Origin: Candidatus Bathyarchaeota archaeon
Lineage (GTDB): Archaea > Thermoproteota > Bathyarchaeia > Bathyarchaeales > Bathycorpusculaceae
Direction of reading: 5' to 3'
Assembly: GCA_963770935.1 (NCBI GenBank)
Contig: CAVYRJ010000003.1
Location: forward strand, 1 to 64,000
DNA: 64,000 nucleotides
A program made the translations under genes and the position numbers. Below, piece after piece: positions 1 through 10,606 of the stretch. A model generated the notes under the pieces. That model had not been told where the DNA came from. It did no database searches and saw only the letters and a list, made by a program, of their open reading frames with translations. Positions within the stretch are counted from its first letter, which is position 1; each line of letters opens with the position of its first letter.

Positions 1-44
1 TTTATACGGGCACAACTTTTCCTTTCTAGCGAGGACTGTTTTTC

Positions 45-521
45 ATGGTAAGCATCAAAGTTGGAGATAAGGCACCGGATTTCACTTTACCCGACGTGGA
101 TATGAAACCCCGAAATCTCAAGGAGTTTCTAGGAAAAAAAGTAGTTTTGGCGTTTTTCCCTGGCGCTTTTACATCAACCTGCACCAAAGAGATGTGTATG
201 TTTCGGGATTCGATGTCGAAGTTGAGTGACCTAAAAGCTCAAGTTGTCGGAGTAAGCGTTAATGATCCATTCTCAAACAAGGGGTTTTCTGAGAAAAACA
301 TGTTGCCTTTTCCGATTCTTAGCGATTTCAAGCGTGAAGTCATCAAGCAATGGGGTCTCGAGCTGCATAATTTTGCGGGTCTTAAGGATTATACGGTAGC
401 TAAACGTTCGGTTTTCGTTCTTGATGAATCAGGCACTGTGCGTTATGTGTGGGTTTCTGATAATCCAGCTTTAGAACCTAGCTATGAGGGAATACGAAAA
501 GCGCTAGAACAGATCATTTAG
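45..521 (+). CDS. Peroxiredoxin (AhpC/TSA, BCP/PrxQ-like)
   Basis: GDKAPDFTL start, [15 protein letters not shown] peroxidatic motif, AKRSVFVLD. Confidence 0.92.
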   Translation: MVSIKVGDKAPDFTLPDVDMKPRNLKEFLGKKVVLAFFPGAFTSTCTKEMCMFRDSMSKLSDLKAQVVGVSVNDPFSNKGFSEKNMLPFPILSDFKREVIKQWGLELHNFAGLKDYTVAKRSVFVLDESGTVRYVWVSDNPALEPSYEGIRKALEQII

Positions 522-1131
522 ACGGGGTTTTTTTCTTCATTAGCGCTGTATAGAAGAAGCGGATGACTCCGTCGTCTTCAAGCGAAGGGTTATGCCTAAT
601 CTGCTTCAACGCAAAGCGCCCAGAGAACAAATCAATTATCTGTTGTCTGGTGAAGTGGTTCCATGCTGGTCCGTTCTTATAGCTAAAACATGTAAGCATA
701 TAAACGCCGCCTTGCATAAGGACACGGTGCACTCCCGCTATGAACTTCGCTCGCTCTTCAACATGAACGTGATGGAAGCAACCCATGTCAAAAACAAAAT
801 AAAATTTGTTGTCGCTAAAAGACAAATCGATAAAGCTCTCCATTAGAAAGTCTATGTGTACTTTGGCTTGTTGTGCTTTTTTCTTGGCGATTACGATGGC
901 GGTTTTGGATATATCTATTCCTGAAACGTCAAACCCTTGTCGAGCGAGGTAAAGAGTATTGGTTCCTGCGCCGCAGCAAAGGTCTAAAGCGTTTCCTTTC
1001 GGCAAAAGTCCTTTTTCGACATATTCTACCAATAAAGGTCTAGGTTTCCCAAGTTCCCAGCCTAACTCATCGAGCGGATAATTACGGTAAACCTCATCCC
1101 ACTCGCCATAATCAGAACCCATAAAAAACAC
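514..1131 (-). CDS. Class I SAM-dependent methyltransferase (TPMT/TehB-like)
   Basis: ALDLCCGAG motif [14 protein letters not shown]. Confidence 0.88.
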   Translation of the reverse strand: MFFMGSDYGEWDEVYRNYPLDELGWELGKPRPLLVEYVEKGLLPKGNALDLCCGAGTNTLYLARQGFDVSGIDISKTAIVIAKKKAQQAKVHIDFLMESFIDLSFSDNKFYFVFDMGCFHHVHVEERAKFIAGVHRVLMQGGVYMLTCFSYKNGPAWNHFTRQQIIDLFSGRFALKQIRHNPSLEDDGVIRFFYTALMKKKTPSK

Positions 1132-2044
1132 ATAGACCTAAACTAACACGGAAATTTTAACCTTTCAATAGCCCAACCAAGTAGATCTATGCTTTGTCAT
1201 ATTTGGACAATTTTTGCGTGACAAATTACCGAAATTGTAAAGAGGTTTTAGCATCCCGACCCGATAAATTCTCATTAATTGTATAAATAGAAAAAAATCC
1301 CTCGCTTTTCTATCCGAGCAATTGAGTCTCTCCGGAAATACTTGTTTGATTGAATAGAACAAAATTTCCGCATCTGTTTTTGGGTTGCTTTGGGGTTTGC
1401 GGCACTTGCAGGTTGCATATCAAATAGTTCTGATGATCCAAAACAGAAGAGTTTTCTTTCTGGTTGCGGTTGTGGATTTTTTCCTGTGCACAACCATGCT
1501 GGGTCGTTGTTTTTTGGGTTTTGTTTTTGGTTTGGGTTGTTGCTTGGGGTTTGTTTGGTTGTGGTTGGGGAGCTGTTGTTCATGTTGCTTATGGTTGGTT
1601 AGCGATAGGCTGTGGAAGGTAGAAAGCCGAAAACATCGACTGTTTGATAGAAAAAAGTAGTTGAATTTGCAGAAATGGAGCAGTATGTTTGGGAAGTATT
1701 GTTTTTTGGTCTTTGGATTTTTTTTCAGGTTGGGGTTAGAAAATGTCGCAGAATTTCTAGAAGGTTGAGTTCTCGTTGCCGCTAACTATGCAAGTAAATT
1801 TTACACCTTTGTTAAGGGGTATCGATTGTAAGTACCAAAAGTATGGTTGGTGAACTTCAAGCTGTAGACGTATTAAATTCCAGAAATCAACGATGTACCC
1901 AGAAATGTAGATCTAAAAGGATAGTTGATATTGACGATTTTTAGAAGTCATTAGCATGTTGAATTTTAATCGTTTAACGGGTGGATTAACTATGTTGAGA
2001 GGCTAGTTTGAGTCGCAAAAAGTTATTAGCTAAGATTAGAATAA

Positions 2045-2935
2045 TTGACTTGTTCAGATTGGTGGATTTGTTCAGTGGCCTTTGAAATCCAGGAATTACC
2101 CGATGTTATCCGAGTTATTGTTCTGTTAAACCTGAGCAAAGGCGCTAAAATAAAAAAAACCACCCTTAAAAACCGAATTGATCGCGTCTGCGTCAACTAT
2201 GCCTGCATCGAGTTAAACGAACTCGACAAAGCATTAAAAGAAATGTCGATTGAAGGACTCATCATCGAAAAAGACGGTCATGTGCAGTTAACAGCTCAGG
2301 GTCAGCATCTCGGCAAAGAGTGGGAAAGTCTCCTGTTGAAAAAAGAGCCAATTATGGAGGTTGTTGCTGGCTTAGTGGATGGCTCAATAACTAGTTTGGT
2401 CGTTATTCTCTCAGCCTTCATAGCAACATTCACTGCTACCTCAATATTCCATGATGTAAGAACCGTAATTTTCACGGCATTCCTAACACTTAGCGCAGTA
2501 GCCATCACCAATTTTTCAAGTTTTCTTTTAGGCGGAATCACTGAAGACTTAAACGACATTATGACCCTGCAGAACCTCATGAACTACAGTTTAAGCGACA
2601 TACCCGACAAGAAGGAACGCGACAAATCCCTGATGCTTGTCCAGAAACTTTTCACTTTGCTAAGCAAACAGATTCACAGGTCGAACCTTTACGCAGCGAT
2701 AATTTGTGGAAGCACAACCTTCCTTGCAGGAATCATTCCAATAGCCACCTACCTTGTTCTTCCACCCATCTACAACATTATTATCTCCCTCATCTTGGTA
2801 GGTGTTATCTCAGGTGTTTTCCTCGGAAGATACCGCTCAAAGAAAACCCGAGTCAACTGGAAAATAACGCTACTGGAAACGTTAGCAATTGTTGTTATCG
2901 CAACTGTGGCTTCACTATTGCTGGGCGCAGCATAA
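2045..2935 (+). CDS. Winged-HTH fused to a VIT1/CCC1-like membrane domain (probable start GTG 2075)
   Basis: N-terminal ELDKALKEMSIEGLI...VQLTAQG wing motif; EVVAGLVDGSITSL resembles the VIT1 G-x-x-D-G motif; several hydrophobic segments. Confidence 0.7.
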   Translation: MTCSDWWICSVAFEIQELPDVIRVIVLLNLSKGAKIKKTTLKNRIDRVCVNYACIELNELDKALKEMSIEGLIIEKDGHVQLTAQGQHLGKEWESLLLKKEPIMEVVAGLVDGSITSLVVILSAFIATFTATSIFHDVRTVIFTAFLTLSAVAITNFSSFLLGGITEDLNDIMTLQNLMNYSLSDIPDKKERDKSLMLVQKLFTLLSKQIHRSNLYAAIICGSTTFLAGIIPIATYLVLPPIYNIIISLILVGVISGVFLGRYRSKKTRVNWKITLLETLAIVVIATVASLLLGAA

Positions 2936-2939
2936 CACA

Positions 2940-3365
2940 TTAAGGCAAGTGTTGATGCTCAACCATCAAACATTTATCCATTACCACAACTAACCCAACC
3001 TTCCGTGCCGCTTCGGCAGCATGCTCATTAACAATACCCAGTTGCAACCAAACTACAAAAACTCTGCCAAACATGGCTTTAAGCGCAATGACTTGCTCAA
3101 CAATCGGCGGAATATTCTCTGGTTTTCTGAAAATGTCGACTATATCGATAGTTTTCTGGATTTCAACAGGAATATCAAGAAGGCTTTTGTAGCTTTTCTC
3201 GCCCAATACTTCGTCGACGAAGGGGTTAACAGGTATGATGCGATACCCGTGTTGTTGTAGGTAAGCGCTTACTCTGCAGCTGTCTTTTTCTGGCTTTTTA
3301 GATAACCCAACTACAGCGATGGTTTTTGCTTTTCGCAAAATTTCCCTTATTTGGTCCTGACTCAA
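2940..3365 (-). CDS. CoA-binding protein (YccU-like)
   Basis: TIAVVGLS, GYRIIPVNP, DIVDIFR, VWLQLGI, VVMDKC. Confidence 0.9.
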   Translation of the reverse strand: MSQDQIREILRKAKTIAVVGLSKKPEKDSCRVSAYLQQHGYRIIPVNPFVDEVLGEKSYKSLLDIPVEIQKTIDIVDIFRKPENIPPIVEQVIALKAMFGRVFVVWLQLGIVNEHAAEAARKVGLVVVMDKCLMVEHQHLP

Positions 3366-3468
3366 ATCAAGATTCCTCTTGAAAAGTTAGTTTACGGTGC
3401 TTCGCTATCGTACGAAAGTTTTCCTCAAAACCACTTAAACAACGGTTTTAATAAATTTTAATTGCCGC

Positions 3469-3855
3469 TTATTCTCGGCAAAAGAAACATTTTTCTGCCC
3501 ATGCTTGAGGCATTTCTTTTTGGCAACGCGTGCACATTAAACCTTTTTCTCTGATGGCTGTGCATGTTTGGCAGAAGAGTTTGAGGAGGTCTGTTTTGTT
3601 GTCGGGTTGTTTTATAAGATGAGTTACCATTTGGTCAATTAGGGCTATGACATCAGTGTCCTCGATTACTATGAGGTTGCCTCTTTCGCGTCCAACGTAC
3701 CTGCTGACGGCTGATTGTGATAAGCCCAAGAGGTCTGCGGTCTTTTTTTCGTTAAAGCCGTGTTTTTCCAAGATAGATCTTGCCATTATTGCCTTTACTG
3801 CTGGCAGGACAGTTTTTACTCCGACTTCGCATGGTAGTATCAAGTTTTGCACCAA
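3469..3855 (-). CDS. Archaeal HTH transcriptional regulator with C-terminal Cys cluster (COG2522-like)
   Basis: LPCE...LPA start, ADLLGLSQSAVSRY HTH, three CxxC pairs. Confidence 0.8.
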   Translation of the reverse strand: MVQNLILPCEVGVKTVLPAVKAIMARSILEKHGFNEKKTADLLGLSQSAVSRYVGRERGNLIVIEDTDVIALIDQMVTHLIKQPDNKTDLLKLFCQTCTAIREKGLMCTRCQKEMPQAWAEKCFFCRE

Positions 3856-3877
3856 TTACTCATATTTTTGGGGAAAA

Positions 3878-3928
3878 CATATTTAAATATGCCGCCTGTC
3901 ATAATTTATGACGTGTGTCAAGACGGGC
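3878..3928. promoter_or_regulatory. Divergent promoter with palindromic TATA and candidate operator
   Basis: CATATTTAAATATG palindrome (3878-3891) and GTCATAA-T-TTATGAC inverted repeat (3898-3912) between two divergent regulator genes. Confidence 0.55.
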
Positions 3929-4001
3929 AGCAGTAACAAAAAACCTCATCTAAAACACCTAATTCTACGCCCAACAGACACACTCAAAAGGAGAAAAAAC
4001 A

Positions 4002-4949
4002 ATGGGCAACGTTCAATCATCAATCCGAAATAGCGAACACAACAAAGACGTAACCCAAATGCTGAGTTCACTAAACGCAGAATGCCGAAACTGTGCACCC
4101 ACATCACCACTAGAGTGCATAACTCGCTGCCAAGTATACAAATTAAAAAATGAGCTAAGAAAACTATGCGAAACCATGAACAACCCCAACTACATCAAAG
4201 AATTATTCAACGTTTTGAAGAACGAAACAAGACTTCACATCTTAAAAGCCATCGTTAACGGCAGGTACTCGGTAAGTCAGCTCCAACAAGAACTAAAGAA
4301 GACTGGGCATTCACACAGCCAAGACACTATAAACGAAGAATACCTACAGCCCTTAATGGCAGTTGGTTTAGCAACTGAATCAAGAGACGAATACTATGCA
4401 ACCACATTCGGTGGGCGACTAACAAATTTACTTGGAGCTTTTCCCGAATTCGCAGAAATGCTTCCATCCCATTCGGAATGTTATGAAGAAACCCTTCTGC
4501 GCGCATTACTTGCAGGTCCTAAAACTTTTGATGAAATAGAAAGCTTAATTTCTTCAAAGATTGCATCGCGAATCCTTAAGCGCTTACGCTCAGTTGGATT
4601 AATAGAGACTCCTGAAGAGCGAGATTACATATTCTTCTTTAGATCAAAACGTGATCCAAGCAAAGAAACCTTCACAGAAATGGAGCGCAAAGTCTACGAC
4701 ACCCTTCCAAGCGAAGGAATCTCAGCAGGCAAAATTTCCAAAGAAACAGGACTCTCCATGAGAAGAACCTACAAGTACCTAAGGGGTTTGAAAGGCAAAA
4801 AACTTGTATTTATAAGAAGAACCCCCAAAGCCTACGGTTTAACATGTAAAGGCGAAATGTTGGCAACAGTTCTGCAGGAACTTCAGCAAATAGTCGATGA
4901 GACATGGAGCTATTCACAGCAAGTTATCAACAGCAACGATAACGCCTAA
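4002..4949 (+). CDS. Multi-wHTH transcriptional regulator with N-terminal Cys motif
   Basis: CRNC-x7-CITRC, ArsR-like NETRLHILKAI, further wHTH units (YYATTFG, ETGLSMRRTYKYL, YGLTCKG). Confidence 0.7.
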   Translation: MGNVQSSIRNSEHNKDVTQMLSSLNAECRNCAPTSPLECITRCQVYKLKNELRKLCETMNNPNYIKELFNVLKNETRLHILKAIVNGRYSVSQLQQELKKTGHSHSQDTINEEYLQPLMAVGLATESRDEYYATTFGGRLTNLLGAFPEFAEMLPSHSECYEETLLRALLAGPKTFDEIESLISSKIASRILKRLRSVGLIETPEERDYIFFFRSKRDPSKETFTEMERKVYDTLPSEGISAGKISKETGLSMRRTYKYLRGLKGKKLVFIRRTPKAYGLTCKGEMLATVLQELQQIVDETWSYSQQVINSNDNA

Positions 4950-4968
4950 ACAGCCTTTTCTTTTTTGT

Positions 4969-5454
4969 TTATCCCCCGCCGGGAGCGCCATGGAACGGAA
5001 CATTTTCCCAAAGCATCTTCCACCAGTCAGCCTCTGTTATGGTCTCACCATGAACAATTATTTCCAGAACCATCTTTAGCATCGCGTGGTGCCTACATTC
5101 ATCATTTAATATTGCCTTTAAGAGGAACACAACTTTCTCGTTCTCAATTGTCGGTATTGTTTCTTGAAGTTTCTTGATTAATTTCGCCTCTATGTCAATG
5201 TGTTTTTTTACTAAAGCACTTTGTTCATCAAGGTTGCCTTGATTTAATGCAGTGGAGGCACTTGTCAACAAAGTAATGGCAGCCGAATAAAGTTCCGCGT
5301 GCTTAACCGAATCCAATGATACACCCTTCAAGACCCCCTTAACAGCCGGATTTTTCATGTCAACAAGAGCTTTATCAAGTGAAGCCACAATTTCGTTTTC
5401 AACGGTAATTTGGTTCTTCAAAAAATCAAGGAGACTATTCGTCTTTTTTTCCAT
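4969..5454 (-). CDS. Ferritin-like/rubrerythrin-fold protein
   Basis: Two di-iron-type motifs: E...DSVKH and E...DECRHH. Confidence 0.75.
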   Translation of the reverse strand: MEKKTNSLLDFLKNQITVENEIVASLDKALVDMKNPAVKGVLKGVSLDSVKHAELYSAAITLLTSASTALNQGNLDEQSALVKKHIDIEAKLIKKLQETIPTIENEKVVFLLKAILNDECRHHAMLKMVLEIIVHGETITEADWWKMLWENVPFHGAPGGG

Positions 5455-5478
5455 AAATTTTTCTCCTAGCGGTTAGTG

Positions 5479-5919
5479 TTAAGCCTGATTCATCAAGCTT
5501 TCGGAAACTTTCTTTCCAAGGTCCCTGCACGCATTAAACATATTTTGGTCAGGTCCGTACTTTACAAGCAACGGTGGTTCAACAACTTGCATCTCAAACT
5601 TGTACTTCATAATCTCCAAAATCAACTTTGGCGCTTCACCACTCCACCCGTAGGAACCAAACGCTGCGCCTGTTTTGCCTTTCAAACTTATGCCTGCCAC
5701 GGCAGCTTCTTCAAAGAGATTCTTGAAATCCACGGGCATATCGTGATTGTATGTTGGTGCCCCGACAAGAATGGCGTCATATAGGCTTAAGCTTTCAGCA
5801 TCTACATGATAATTTAACTCCACTTCAACGCCAGTGTTTTGGGAACCCTCAAAAACAGCTTTTGCCATTTTTTCAGTGTTTCCAGTTCGACTATAATAGA
5901 GAATAAGTACTTTCTTCAT
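5479..5919 (-). CDS. Flavodoxin
   Basis: YYSRTGNTEKMA, GAPTY, AFGSYGWSGEA. Confidence 0.92.
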   Translation of the reverse strand: MKKVLILYYSRTGNTEKMAKAVFEGSQNTGVEVELNYHVDAESLSLYDAILVGAPTYNHDMPVDFKNLFEEAAVAGISLKGKTGAAFGSYGWSGEAPKLILEIMKYKFEMQVVEPPLLVKYGPDQNMFNACRDLGKKVSESLMNQA

Positions 5920-5993
5920 AACAAAAATTAAAGTTCCAAGTTATTTCAACATTTTGATTTTTTTCTTTAGGACAATCAACAAGAAAAATGGAT

Positions 5994-6281
5994 TTATGAA
6001 TCCAATTTCGCTCTTTTAGTTCGCAGCTGCACAGGTAACCGCCCTGCTTGAATCGATGATATGTTAGTTCCAATCCTGTTGCTTCTGCTTTCTCCGCCCT
6101 TCCGTCCAATTTCCCTGTAGAATTCTGATCCACGCTCCTCAGCAACTTTCTCTCCGCCCTTTCGACCTATCTCCCTGTAAAATTCTGAACCTCTTTCTCT
6201 TGCCACCTTCTCACCACCTCTCCTGCCCGCCTCCTGCCTTGTCATCTTTCTTCCTACCTCATTTTTCACTGCCAAAACCAT
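5994..6281 (-). CDS. KGG-repeat stress hydrophilin (Em/GsiB/LEA5-like)
   Basis: MTRQEAGRRGG plus two 20-aa repeats ERGSEFYREIGRKGGE; GGAGGTGA SD upstream. Confidence 0.85.
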   Translation of the reverse strand: MVLAVKNEVGRKMTRQEAGRRGGEKVARERGSEFYREIGRKGGEKVAEERGSEFYREIGRKGGESRSNRIGTNISSIQAGRLPVQLRTKRAKLDS

Positions 6282-6644
6282 TTCACCTCCCCTAACTGAA
6301 AAAACATCTTGTTAATCTAGTCCATGATAATAGCCCTTAAGCATATGTGGGCTCTAACAAGCAATCACAAACCCATCAAGCATAAGCACAGTAAACTGCT
6401 TGCTACTCAAGCGCTAAACAATAATTCGTAAAAATCAAAGAAAGCTTTTTACTTATTCTATTTTTCCTATTTCTTTAAGTAATTCTATAGGCGTAAAATT
6501 GGTTTTTTCTGGCAGTTTTAAATCAGTTTTGATGGCAATAAGAATAATTCGAAAATAGTATATGTAATTATTAAAAAGGTGTAACCTAGTTAATAGATTT
6601 GAAAACAGAAGAAGCTTAAAACTAAACGAAAATAAAAGTGATGT

Positions 6645-6836
6645 TTATTCTTCTTCATGTTCTCTTCCTTCCTGGACAAGTTTGCGGACTCTTTGTCCTC
6701 CTCTGGGTCCGCCTATCTTTCCTCCTTTACGGCCTATTTCACTGTAGAATTCTTCTCCATGAGTTGCAGAAGTCTTTAAGCCACCTCGACGACCTGCTTC
6801 CTCAACTGTCATTTTTCCTTTCTTTTCTTCCAACAA
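6645..6836 (-). CDS. KGG-repeat stress hydrophilin (Em/GsiB/LEA5-like)
   Basis: MTVEEAGRRGG, HGEEFYSEIGRKGG; GGAGGTGA SD. Confidence 0.85.
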   Translation of the reverse strand: MLEEKKGKMTVEEAGRRGGLKTSATHGEEFYSEIGRKGGKIGGPRGGQRVRKLVQEGREHEEE

Positions 6837-6923
6837 ATCACCTCCATCAGAAAAATAAATTTAATCTTAAAGAACCGAGAAAAAATAAGCGTAAACGATA
6901 AGATTATCCAGTTAAAGATCTGC

Positions 6924-7250
6924 TTATTCTTCTTCGTGTTCTTTTCCTGCTTGTATTAATCGTCGAACTCTCTGTCCACCTCTGTGACCGGCTTCTTCAA
7001 GACTTGTTTTGCCTGCTGCTTCTGCTGAACCTTCGTGTTGCTTGGCTCGTTCGGAACCTCCTTTGCTGCCGATTTCACTGTAGAACTCGGGACCTCTTTC
7101 CATTGAGACTTTTTCTCCGCCTTTACGTCCTATTTCTTCGTAGAATTCGCGTCCGTGTGTTGAAGCGGTTTTTTCTCCTCCTTTCCTGCCTGCTTCAGCA
7201 ACGGTCATTTTACCTCTTCGTTCTTCAGTTCTTGTACTCAAAAACTTCAC
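6924..7250 (-). CDS. KGG-repeat stress hydrophilin (Em/GsiB/LEA5-like)
   Basis: MTVAEAGRKGG, HGREFYEEIGRKGG, RGPEFYSEIGSKGG; GGAGGTGA near start. Confidence 0.85.
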   Translation of the reverse strand: MKFLSTRTEERRGKMTVAEAGRKGGEKTASTHGREFYEEIGRKGGEKVSMERGPEFYSEIGSKGGSERAKQHEGSAEAAGKTSLEEAGHRGGQRVRRLIQAGKEHEEE

Positions 7251-7472
7251 CTCCTACTTAAATAGGGAAAAGTTAACATGAAATAGAGCCGAACAACCGC
7301 TCATAAACCTATGTTGTAGTGGCATAGCAGTAACATGCTAACTAACTTCAAAATCTGGTCTCAGCATGTCAATTATATGTGAATCAGCTTGCAACATGAT
7401 TATTACGGGTTAGTTGCCATTATGAACTAATTTAAATGGTACAAATCAACTAATTATCACTGGGTACAACCA

Positions 7473-8952
7473 ATGAAAGTGCTTCTAATCAATCCACCGC
7501 AGACCTTTTATAGGGGTTCAGAGCAACCCGCCGGCAACCTCCCGGTTGGTTTAATGTACATAGCCGCAGTTTTAAAGAAAGCAGGTTACATGGTTGAGAT
7601 TCTGGACGCATTCATGACGGACCTCGCCTTTCAAGAGAACGGTGAAACCATGAATGTGGGTTTACCCTTTGAGCAAATCAAACAGGAAATTGAGCATCGA
7701 AAACCGGACATCGTCGGCATCGCTGGACCTTTCACATGCCAAATAGGCAATGCATTAAAAATCAGTAACCTTGCCAAACAAGTTAACCAAAATATCCTAA
7801 CTGTTGTGGGCGGACCACACGTAACGTCTGGTTCCTAAAGAATTCCTGGAGGAGGCAACAGATGTTGATGTTGCAGTTGTGGGCGAGGGCGAATATGCTA
7901 TGCTTGAAATCGTTGAGGTGTTTTTGGGGAAAAGACATTTCAGCCAAGTCCTTGGGATTGCCTACCGGCAAAACGGCGAAGTCACCGTTAATCCAACAAG
8001 ACCCTTTATGCAGCATTTAGATGATTTGCCTTATCCCGCCTATGATTTAGTAGATATGGAGCTATACTTAAAACCCAGCAAGATTGGTTACCGTAGCTTC
8101 CAAGACCGAGCTATTTCCATGATTACAAGCCGCGGCTGCCCGTTTAATTGCTGCTTCTGCGCCGTCCACCTGCATATGGGACAAAAATTCAGGGCACATT
8201 CAGCTCAATACGTTTTAGACCATATCCAGTATGTCGTTGATAAGTTTAAAGTTAAAAACATCTTCTTTGAAGACGACAACTTAACATTAGACATTAAACG
8301 CTTCGAAGCTATATGTGACGGAATAGTTGAGCGGAAAATTAAGATCGGGTGGGAAACCCCAAATGGTGTCCGTGCTGACTGTCTGAACCTGGATTTGCTT
8401 AAGAAGATGAAGCAGTCAGGTGCTAACAGCATCTTTGTTGGAGTTGAGTCTGGCGATCAACAAATCCTTGACAACGTCATCTGTAAAAGTCTTGACCTTA
8501 ACCGCGTTGTCCAATTCGCAAAAGATGCGAAACAAATAGGGTTGAAAACGGGCGCTTTCTACATTATAGGTTTTCCAGGCGAGACAAAGGAGAATATGCA
8601 GCGAACTGTGGATTTTGCTCTTGGGCTGAAGCGCGATTACGACGTTGGGATGCACCTCTTCATGGCAACACCGTCCTACGGGACTAGACTGTTTAAGGAC
8701 TGCAAAGCCAACGGTTACATCCAGCAAGATTTGACTTGGAACGCTTTCGCACAGGCAAGACAACCAAAAGGCATGCCGCTGATTACAACCAATGAGTTCA
8801 CGCCAGCAGAAGTCAAGGAGATAGCTGCAAAAGCCCTCGCTGAGTATAAGAAACTGTCGCTGATAAATCACATCAAGAATCCAGGTAAAGCGTTAAAGAC
8901 AGCGTTCGACCAGCCGCAACTCATCGTGAAGTACCTCAAGAGCTTGTTTTAA
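7473..8952 (+). CDS. B12-binding radical SAM protein, split by a +1 indel near 7827 (probable sequence error)
   Basis: MKVLLINPP...VVGGPHVT joins LVPKEFLEEATDVDVAVVGEGE if one base is removed; TSRGCPFNCCFC CxxxCxxC motif. Confidence 0.88.
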
Positions 8953-9215
8953 CAATGATTACTGCGGACCAGTGGTATTCGTTAGTCCTGAGAAGCAAAT
9001 TTGTCCTGTTGCCGCTTGCTGGATTAACTATTTCAGCTGGTTGCTTATCCCGTTAACTGGTGCTTCAAAATCCCCTTGGTTAAGACGAGCGATTCTTTTA
9101 CAGGTATCTTCCAAATGTTATTTACAGGTCTTATGGTGTCGTGTTTACCACAATAAACTATTTATGCTCAAATGAAAGAAATAAACCAAAAGTATCTGCA
9201 GAAAGTTGACAGGTT

Positions 9216-9791
9216 ATGCGTTGGAGCGAACTTGACGAGAAACAATTGCGAGACTTAGTTGCCAAGCACAAGAGCATCGATGAGATTGCAATAGCCTTAA
9301 ATCGAAGCCCAGAAGCCATTTTTATGAAGCTCACAAGGTCAGGCTTGGCGATTCCAGAAAAGTCTTCTGTGGAAAATGCAGCAAATAAAGTTACTGAACA
9401 GCCCACAACAACAACGCAGATGCCCAAGCTGGAGATTGCAAGATTTGAGGAGTTGCCGTCAGGTAATGAGGCGTTTGGGCTTCTGTGGGCTGCTCTAAGA
9501 CGGCTCCAAGAGCCAGATGTCTCCAAAGATGAGGCAAAGAAGTTGAGACTAATAATTCAGGGTGCCAAAAGCTACATTCACCTAGAAGCAGATTACCTGT
9601 TGCGGATGCGGCGGATTGAGTCGGTGATGCTTTTGGAGCTGCGGCATTTTGAGGCTTCTTGGAAGCTAGAGATAAATCGAGCCCAGTCCCCTGAGGAGAA
9701 GACAAAATTTGAGCAACTGCTTAGTGACGTGGAGGGGCAAATCAAAGAATATGTCCAATTAGGTATCAAAGAACCTAAAGAAGTCAAGTAG
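9216..9791 (+). CDS. Hypothetical protein with N-terminal HTH and helical C-terminus, mobile-element type
   Basis: WSELDEKQLRDL...SIDEIAIALNRSPEAI Myb/GcrA-like HTH. Confidence 0.6.
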   Translation: MRWSELDEKQLRDLVAKHKSIDEIAIALNRSPEAIFMKLTRSGLAIPEKSSVENAANKVTEQPTTTTQMPKLEIARFEELPSGNEAFGLLWAALRRLQEPDVSKDEAKKLRLIIQGAKSYIHLEADYLLRMRRIESVMLLELRHFEASWKLEINRAQSPEEKTKFEQLLSDVEGQIKEYVQLGIKEPKEVK

Positions 9792-10217
9792 GCGACTATG
9801 AAATGTCGATGACGAAAAAAGAAATAGATGCTCTTCGAGTTTAGTCACACCAACATGTTTTCACATAAATTCATGGAACAAATCATTAAGGCTTACAATT
9901 TCGAGAAACAATACATCCAATGGAAAAGACCAACCGTTGTCCAAAGCCTTTCTGATCCTAGATAAAACCCCACAAGGAGATTTCCAATTCTTTTCAAGGA
10001 CAGAAATTCCAAGCTTCTGCAGTAGGTTGAGTTTTCTCCCCCTTGCGTTTTGAGCAGCCGTTAGGTCGAACCCTCTGTAAATGGAGAAATCACCCGCATT
10101 TCCTCTTTTTTCGGTGATTGAAACGAACTTGTTTCCACTGCTTTCAAAAAAAGTCGAGTACACGTAATTAAGCTAATAAACTAAATCAGACATACAGACG
10201 CAGAGTGACATCCTCGC

Positions 10218-10598
10218 ATGGATAATACAGCAACTGACTATCATTGCGGTATATGCAGAGAAAGTCTATGCGAAAACATGTATGAATACTCTCTCGAATA
10301 TTTTGGCAAAGCTCTCTGCAGGAAGCATCAGGACTTGGAAAAGCAGAAATGGGTCTGCCAAGAATGTAAAAGACAGATAACTAGAACGGTATATGATTAT
10401 TCAATAGGTCATTTAAGTAAACCACTATGCATTGATTGCCAACAGTATCATCACAGAATGGCTGTGAAAGGCGATAATACATTTGAAGGTAAGGGTTTTT
10501 ATTGCAATAAATGCAAGCTGATAATAACCTTTCCAACTTAGTATTCAAAGAACAAGTTCGGTACCCCGCTCTGTAAAGATTGCCAAGAAGACCAATAA
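10218..10598 (+). pseudogene. Triple Zn-finger repeat protein with in-frame TAG at 10539-10541
   Basis: Repeat CxxC...YS...(F)GKxLCxx(C/H)Q three times; the third is completed by YSKNKFGTPLCKDCQ after the TAG. Confidence 0.65.
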
Positions 10599-10606
10599 GT
10601 TTTAAC

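Noticed and set aside
1165-1760. Overlapping ORFs in a strongly G/T-skewed low-complexity tract
   Set aside because: No recognisable motifs; open frames are explained by the compositional skew. A small minus-strand protein cannot be excluded.
8953-9215. Possible att site (tRNA 3' duplicate) closing the left island
   Set aside because: No convincing match to TGGCGGGCCCGCTGGGATTTGAACC found by eye; only a possible decayed ORF remnant.
9861-10163. 100-aa minus-strand ORF
   Set aside because: No motif or clear translation signals; possibly a remnant.
10539-10541. Pyrrolysine read-through of the in-frame TAG
   Set aside because: No pyl genes in the window, the repeat is also one residue short here, and the neighbouring gene has a TAA; decay is the simpler explanation.
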